Position numbers and translations under genes: made by a program
Shown here: positions 57,217 to 64,000 of the stretch, piece after piece
How positions within the stretch are numbered: position 1 is the first letter of the stretch
How the letters are laid out: each line of letters opens with the position of its first letter
Assembly (NCBI GenBank): GCA_001600815.1
Contig: BCKZ01000014.1
Location: forward strand, 558,001 to 622,000
DNA: 64,000 bases
Direction of reading: 5' to 3'
Origin: Alloascoidea hylecoeti
Lineage: Eukaryota
The notes under the pieces: generated by a model
Database searches by the model: none
The model's input: the letters and a program-made list of their open reading frames with translations, nothing else
What the model was told of the DNA's origin: nothing

Positions 57217-57863
57217 ATGAAATATAACTTGAAAGAAGTTTTCACTAATTCCGACAATATTAGCTGGGGACAGCAACTTATTCTTTGGACTAATGCTTGT
57301 GCAAGAATTATAGAATTTGTTTTATCAATTGTTGCCATTGGTCTTTGTTGTGGCTCTTTTATATATTATAGTCCGACTGTTGTGATTTTTGGGTGAGAAT
57401 AATTCACGATATACAGTATACAGTACTATTAATAATATAATTAACACAAAATTATAGTACAATTTGCGCAATATCTTCCTTATTGGGTGCAATATTGGGG
57501 TTTTTATCAAATTTTATATGGCTATTATCTCATCCGTTATTACAACTGATCCCAGATGTACTTATTTCAATCAGTAATTATCTCGGGGGTATTTTAGCTG
57601 CCGTTTATTTTAATGCATACTGTACAGTAGCACTTGAAGAGGTTCGTTTGAATGATAGATTATATTCAAGGACAAAAAGTGGTTGCAGAATCGGTAAAGC
57701 TTTAGCTACTTTTTTAATTTTATTGGGTATTTGTTATAATATTTCAACTCTCATTTCTGGTATTAGAGTTTATAAAAATGGGCCTTTTACTCCAAAAAAT
57801 TTGAAGAAGCGTAAAAATTTAGACATAAATCACGATTTAGAAGCATCGACTGAGCATACCTAA
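57217..57863 (+). CDS. Four-TM MARVEL/Nce102-like membrane protein, paralog 1; intron 57393-57457
   Basis: MKYNLKEVFTNSD...RIIEFVLSIVAIGLCCG...VIFG|TICAISSLLG...GCRIGKALATFLILLG. The intron joins the exons in frame. Family call is tentative. Confidence 0.7.
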
Positions 57864-58723
57864 AAACATTGAATAGTCGCTACTACTCAGACTTTATGAT
57901 TTATGATTAATTGCTTACAATTGCAGTGCAATGTTTAACATGCATGTCATTCATACACACAAATTATAACTGAAGTATTTGCTTTACAGTCTTGTTTCTC
58001 TTTTTCATGGATTATACTAGCTAAACCTTTAAGTGTTAATGTATATCACAGCATAATATTTATTCGATTCAATCAATAATTTTATTTTATATCAACTACT
58101 AGGTACTTTTTGAAAAAGAAAAGGTAATTGGTTGATACTGGTAAGGGAAATGTGGGTAGAATTTGATACAAAATAACATCTAGATCTACAGCTTCAAGCT
58201 TAAATATCATTTATATATAGATTGAATATATATATCTTCACCTCACAAAAATGATGCATATTGTTGATAATAATGTCTTTATAAAAATATATAATTAGCT
58301 ACCAAACACCTCACATGTATGCAAACAATACAATTGTAACGAGTGTACCATGAGGTAATTATAGAAATGAGTTCCATAATTGATAACTTTTGCAAGTTCC
58401 TTTATCAAGTAGTAACTGAAAGCTATATAGATGCTAAATATTTGTTTTAATTGGGTTGATCTAGCAAAGATCTTTTCCTTTGTTTGTTTGCATTTGTATT
58501 TAAAGTTTTTTGTTTCAACTCAACCAGTTTAAAGTTTTGTTCCTTTAAATGACATCCTATATTAAAATTAATATTAATATTTTGATCAATCGGGATTTCC
58601 AGTGCAATTTCAAGTTTATGATATAGAATTGCAGTTGTATCATAACCACTGAAATTGGGATATGGTTGACGTTATATATATTGCTCATTTCCCAGATAAT
58701 TCCCCTTATTACTGTTATAAATT

Positions 58724-59481
58724 ATGACGTATAATTGGAAAGAAGTTTTCACCAATTCCAACAATCTCAATTTGGGAAAGAAACTTGTTCTTTGGTCCGA
58801 TATTTGTTTAAGAATAATAGAATTTGTTTTATCAATAGTTACAGTTGGTCTTTGTTGTGGTTGTCTTGCTTATTATACTACAACTGCTGTAGTTTGTGGG
58901 TAAGAATTAATTTATAGTTTTACAACACCATTAGTACCTAAACAAGATATATATATAGTACAGCTGGTGCATTACTGTCTTTAATTCCAGGTGCAATATT
59001 TGGGTTTTTATCAAATTTTATAAGACCATTTTCTCATCCATTATTACGATTGATCTCAGATATACTTAGTTCACTCAGCTGTTATATTGGAGGTATTTTG
59101 ACCGCTGTTTATTTTACTGCCGATTGTACAGTAACACTTGATAAGATTTATATAAATGATAAATGGTATTCAAGGACAAAAACTGATAATGGTTGCAGAA
59201 TAGGTAAAGCAATAGCTGTTATTTTCATTTTATTGGGGATTTGTTATAATATTTCAACTCTCATTTCTGGTGTTAGGGTCTATAAAGATGGGCCTTTTAA
59301 TCCAAAAGGTTTGAAACATGGTACAAAGTTAGTTGTTAATAATCAAATTGAAGACATAGAAGCACCAAATAACATTAATAACACTCAAGATAATGAACCT
59401 GAAAATGTTGATCTTTCGTTTGAACACAATGAATCAAACGTCAACATTTATCGTAACTTAATAGAGTACTGGAGATTATGA
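58724..59481 (+). CDS. Four-TM MARVEL/Nce102-like membrane protein, paralog 2; intron 58900-58958
   Basis: MTYNWKEVFTNSN...RIIEFVLSIVTVGLCCG...VVCG|TAGALLSL...GCRIGKAIAVIFILLG. Same intron position and phase as paralog 1. Confidence 0.7.
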
Positions 59482-59954
59482 AAAAATTTGTGATTTTTTC
59501 TTATTTTGTGATTCCACAGCTGGTTAAATGGTATCACTAGTAATATTGTGACATAAGCATAAAAGTCAAATTCAATTCATATTATTGCAAGGTGCACTCT
59601 GATGAAGAAAGAGAAATTTGATGGAACTATCATCAAGATTATAATTACAATTGGTTGCCATTGGCAAGAAAAATCTAGGTAGCTATAGGATTTGATATAA
59701 AAATTTAAAATTTCATATTTAGGTCATGATCATGAGAATTATGTTTCATAATAATATTTTTATAAATTTATAATTAAGAATTACCTTAATTTATTCTATA
59801 GTGTGTTAACATATGCCTTAATATTATGAATTAATTATAAGACAGAAAACTGTCGGATTCTTGTAAACAAGCTAGGGCATACTGATTATAATATTTCAGA
59901 AGATGAATGCTCGAAGGCTATATTACTTAGTTTTGAGCTTCATTGATATCGACC

Positions 59955-62900
59955 TCAGGTCCATCCCCCCCCTTTAGAGTGAGAAGTTTCAACGGTAGCG
60001 TCTAAGGTTATTACTTTAACAACAGTTGAAAATACTGTTGTTGCCGATTGGACTTCAGTATTAGTGTCCAGATGTTCATCTTGAAGTTTTGTATGTTTAT
60101 GGTGAAATATATTTTCCGAAAATAGTTCTTTCTTCTTTGTTAAATCTAAAATTTCCTTCACTTTTTTTTCCATTTCTACTTTATCTTCCAAAAATTTTAA
60201 TTTTTCCTTTTCGACATTTTTCTCATCCTCATCTCTTTGTTGGAATTTCAACTCTGCTTTTGCTCTTAATAATGATAAATAACTTGCTACTTCTCTTGAA
60301 ACAGAATCAAAACGAGTCTCTATTTCATTCAAGAAAATTGCAATATCATTCATTTCAACCTCATATAATATAATATCATCTCTTGCTTTGAAAAGTCGAT
60401 CTTTAATTTCATAAAATTTTTTCCATTCTTTCCATCCAATCTTTGAATCCTCTTTTGAATCACTAAAACCTTTGATTCTAGAAGATTGTAATAAACGTCC
60501 ACCATATTCTTGTAAAGATAATTCTCCATATTCTTCAAGAACATTAAGTGTACGCTTTCGTATTTTATCGACACTTTTAACAATTTCGGAAACTAAGATT
60601 CCAATTTCCTTTGAAATTAATTCCCTTTTTGTTTCAACTTCAATTAAAATTCCATCTAAATCATTATTATAAAAAGTTTCTTCTTCAATTCTATAAGGAT
60701 CACTTAAACCATCTTCTGATGCCTTCACTTTATTTAAAATGCTATTAATATTATGTAACCATGATGTTAAATCAGTTTGAAATGATGTTAATAATTTTTC
60801 AAAATTAACTTGAAAATTATTTGTCAAGTCAGTTTTCACCTGTAGAATATCATTCTCAAAATCCATTATTGCATCGGTACATATCTCTTCAATATCCTTT
60901 TTCCATTGCAATATTTCACCTGAAATATTATTATCATCATATGGAGTCGTAGACACAGCAGGAGATAAAGTTTCAATATTGTGTGAGGGAATACTAGAAG
61001 ATTCAGAAAAGTCATTTAATGTAGTTGTATCTGAGGTATGGATTTGATCATCTAATGTTAATAACTTCTGCTGTTCTAGACCACCATTAGTAGAAAGAGA
61101 AGAATATGATGATATAGTTGAAGATGGTTCAATTTCAGTTGCAGAGAGGATGCAAGAAGAAGAAATCGATTCTGAAAGATAATTTGGTATAATTGTATCT
61201 GAGATAAAAATTTCATCATTCAATGTTAAAAACTTTTGTTCCTTCAGCTCTACATTATCAATAGCAGAAGGCGAAGCATAAAACGTGAAAGTTGAAGAAG
61301 TTTCAGTCTCAGTTGGAGAGGAGATACCATGACTAGAAGAAACTGATTCTGAAAAATCACTGGGTATAGTTGTATCTGAGATATAAATTTCATCATTCAA
61401 TGTTAAAAACTTTTGTTCCTTCAGCTCTACATTATCAATAGCAGAAGGCGAAGCATAAAACGTGAAAGTTGAAGAAGTTTCAGTCTCAGTTGAAGAAGTT
61501 TCAGTCTCAGTTGGAGAGGAGATACCATGACTAGAAGAAACTGATTCTGAAAAATCACTGGGTATAGTTGTATCTGAGATATAAATTTCATCATTCAATG
61601 TTAATAACTTTTGCTCTTCTAAATCATCTTTATGAACAATGGTAGAAATAGAAGAATATGATGATAAAGTTGAAGATGATTCAGTTTCAGTTGCAGAGGA
61701 GATACCATGAGCAGAAAAAGTCGATTTGGAAAGATCATTTAATAGAATTGCATCTGAGATATAAATTTCATCATTCAATGTTAATAACTTTTGTTCTTCC
61801 AAGTATACATTATGATCAATAGTAGAGGGCGAGGAATAAAATATAAAAGTTGAAGACGGTTCCGTTTCAGTCATAGAGGGAATATTATCAGAAGAAACAG
61901 ATTCCGAAAGATCATTTAGTATAATTGTATCTGAAATATAAATTTCATCATTCAATGTTAATAATTTGTGTTCTTCTAAGTCTACACTATGATCAATAGT
62001 AGAAGGTGAAGCATGAAACGTGAAAATTGAGGAAGGTTCTGTTTCAGTTGTGGTACTTTGTGAAATAGAATTATCATGGGTAGTAAAGCTAGTAGCGTGC
62101 AATTCGAATGATTCGGTGTAACTAGAAGCATTATCAGTTTCAGAAGCCGAGCTTTGAATAACGATAGTATCTTTAGATATTGATACAGTACTAAATTTTA
62201 GAGACTTGTCAGTCTCAAGGTCAATTATTGTAGAAACTTTTTCTTTCTTTGATGGCGACTCCACACCAGTAGTATTTGAAGAGTCGAGTGTCGTTACCAA
62301 TTTGATATCACTATGGTTATATGTATTCAATGGACCTGCCGTTGGAGTTGTTGGAATTGTTGCGATTGTTCCGATTGCACTTTCTAAAGATGTTAAAGAT
62401 GTAGACCTGTAACCAGCAAATAGATAAAATTTATATTAGAAACTTATAACCCAATTGCAAGAAAATCGATGATAAACAACAAAATATATCATCATAAAAT
62501 AATGTATGTTAACTTACAGTAAAGAATTAGAAGTAGTATCTTTTTTAGTAGGATGATTCACATCAAAGCTTTCAGTAACAGATATAGAAGATTGAACTAT
62601 TCCTGTGTTATTATCCAAAACGGTATCATTGTTTTTTATCAACGAATATATTATAGTTTGATAAATTTCGAGGGTTGTAGGCCAAATTACAGATACAAAC
62701 AAGTATTTTAGATGCAGGAATAACCAGGTAGCTATTTTATGAATAATAGGCATCACATAGTTGCGAAATTTATCGGCAGTTGTATGATAAATAGGAGTTA
62801 TTATTATAGACACTTGTTGATAGAAGCTGTTCAGAAGGTCTTTTGTTTCCCGAAAAAAGTCGTTTATATATGAAATATAGGGATTTAGAGTATCAGTATA

Positions 62901-63254
62901 TTGTATAAGTTTTGGGCGTATATGAGTATGAAATGGTGCAAATATAAATTTTGACACAAGAGGAGCAACATGACGAACATACAAGGACTGTGTTTTGTGG
63001 TAAACCGGAGTTCCATAAGTGGTTACTTTATCTTTTGACCAATTGTAGCTGGGATCGATTTTAGAGGACAAATGTTTGGTATAAATGGGTTGAATGACAT
63101 TCGTAAAAGAGCGATGAAGCAGTGGACACAAACAGGGCGCGTTGTCTTGTAACGGACTGGCAGCATTTAAGGGGCATTTCCAGACAGCCAAAAACAGCAC
63201 ATAAACAACAAAAAACTTGACGATTCTGGATACGTTTAAAGCTGTGATCCTCAT
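59955..63254 (-). CDS. SHE10: She10/Osw7-like outer spore wall assembly protein; intron 62407-62517
   Basis: A GTAAGT...CTAAT...CAG intron fuses the 246-aa and 791-aa ORFs in frame. N-terminal hydrophobic segment with cysteines, and a C-terminal helical region (VDKIRKRTLNVLEEYGE...WKEWKKFYEIKDRLFKARD). Confidence 0.65.
61030..62045 (-). repeat. About six coding tandem repeats of roughly 60 aa in the SHE10-like gene
   Basis: Recurring unit TETEPSSTFxF...LEEQKLLTLNDEIYISDT; two central units are nearly identical at the DNA level. Confidence 0.9.
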
Positions 63255-63447
63255 ACTTTTAATTTGGTGTTTATTTTTCTGTTTAATTTGTGAACATAAT
63301 ATTCAAATCCATCGGTTCATTTTATTATAATAGCAAACAGCGTACCACGTGATGTTATTAAGTTGGCTCTTTCCGTTTTGGGTGACCCTGCCTTCTCCTA
63401 CTATTTTCCTATTTTCCAATTTTATATTCTGATTTGCCTTAAAAATA

Positions 63448-64000
63448 ATGTCCTTTTGGAGATTTAGTACTGCGTTTTCAAAGACAAATGCCATCGATAA
63501 AATTTTGGACGACCCCCATCATCACCTGCCGCAAATCCTGGATGAACCCACTCTCTCCGACGAACTGAAGACTTCAAACTCAAAGCTGATTAGCTATTTA
63601 ACTCAGCCTGATGTCATAATGGATTTGTGTGAGATACTTTTTACAGCTGCCAAGGAGCCATTTACGGAGTTTGTCATTTCCGAAGAAGAAGAAAGCGGTA
63701 TTCCACCTGTAGGTGACAGCGACGAAAATAGTTCTTTTTCTGGCTTTTCGGCTTCTACAACACCAGACTTATCCGAGGACGATTCCCGAGAAGCTGTTAG
63801 TGAAACTTTTAGTGAAATGTCTCCAGAGGCAGTAGAACCTTCGTTTCCCGATTCGGATGCGGATACCCACGATGAAGACCAAAATGACAGCCACAGCTTA
63901 AGTATAGACGAAGACAGTGGAGATGATCAAAATTTGGAATATGACATCATCAAATACTCAAATATAGCTGCTGATATACTTTCAAGTGAAATTTGGTCAA
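63448..64000 (+). CDS. SIT4 phosphatase-associated protein (SAPS family; Sap155/185/190-like), 5' part only
   Basis: Not in the ORF track. MSFWRFSTAFSKTNAIDKILDD...LPQILDEPTLSDELKTSNSKLISYL...KYSNIAADILSSEIWS stays open to the window end. Confidence 0.85.
   Translation, partial: MSFWRFSTAFSKTNAIDKILDDPHHHLPQILDEPTLSDELKTSNSKLISYLTQPDVIMDLCEILFTAAKEPFTEFVISEEEESGIPPVGDSDENSSFSGFSASTTPDLSEDDSREAVSETFSEMSPEAVEPSFPDSDADTHDEDQNDSHSLSIDEDSGDDQNLEYDIIKYSNIAADILSSEIWS

Overview
AT-rich nuclear DNA from a budding yeast. A myosin-domain chitin synthase, a queuine tRNA-ribosyltransferase subunit and many short spliceosomal introns point to an early-diverging Saccharomycotina lineage (inference). About 25 protein-coding loci are recognisable: CHO2 (runs off the left edge), STE13/DAP2-type peptidase, class V chitin synthase, RAD3, MSH6, RNR2, UBX5, a three-exon SAE3/Swi5 gene missed by the ORF track, LAM4/YSP2-like, a four-member SKP1 tandem array (two near-identical copies, one divergent paralog, one pseudogene), QTRT2, PEX3, LRP1-like, DEP1-like, AHP1, GOR1, a SED1-like GPI wall protein spanning an assembly gap, an ECM3-like transporter, a hexose transporter, BGL2, GLC8, two MARVEL-like paralogs, SHE10-like and a SIT4-associated protein (runs off the right edge). 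The most interesting unexplained features are: (1) an orphan transcription-unit-like region at about 54.8-56.2 kb with a strong promoter and only overlapping micro-ORFs; (2) the SKP1 array; (3) a roughly 200-bp MITE-like inverted repeat carrying Reb1-type sites. I recognised no tRNA, rRNA or CRISPR features. All gene names come from motif recognition, not database searches.
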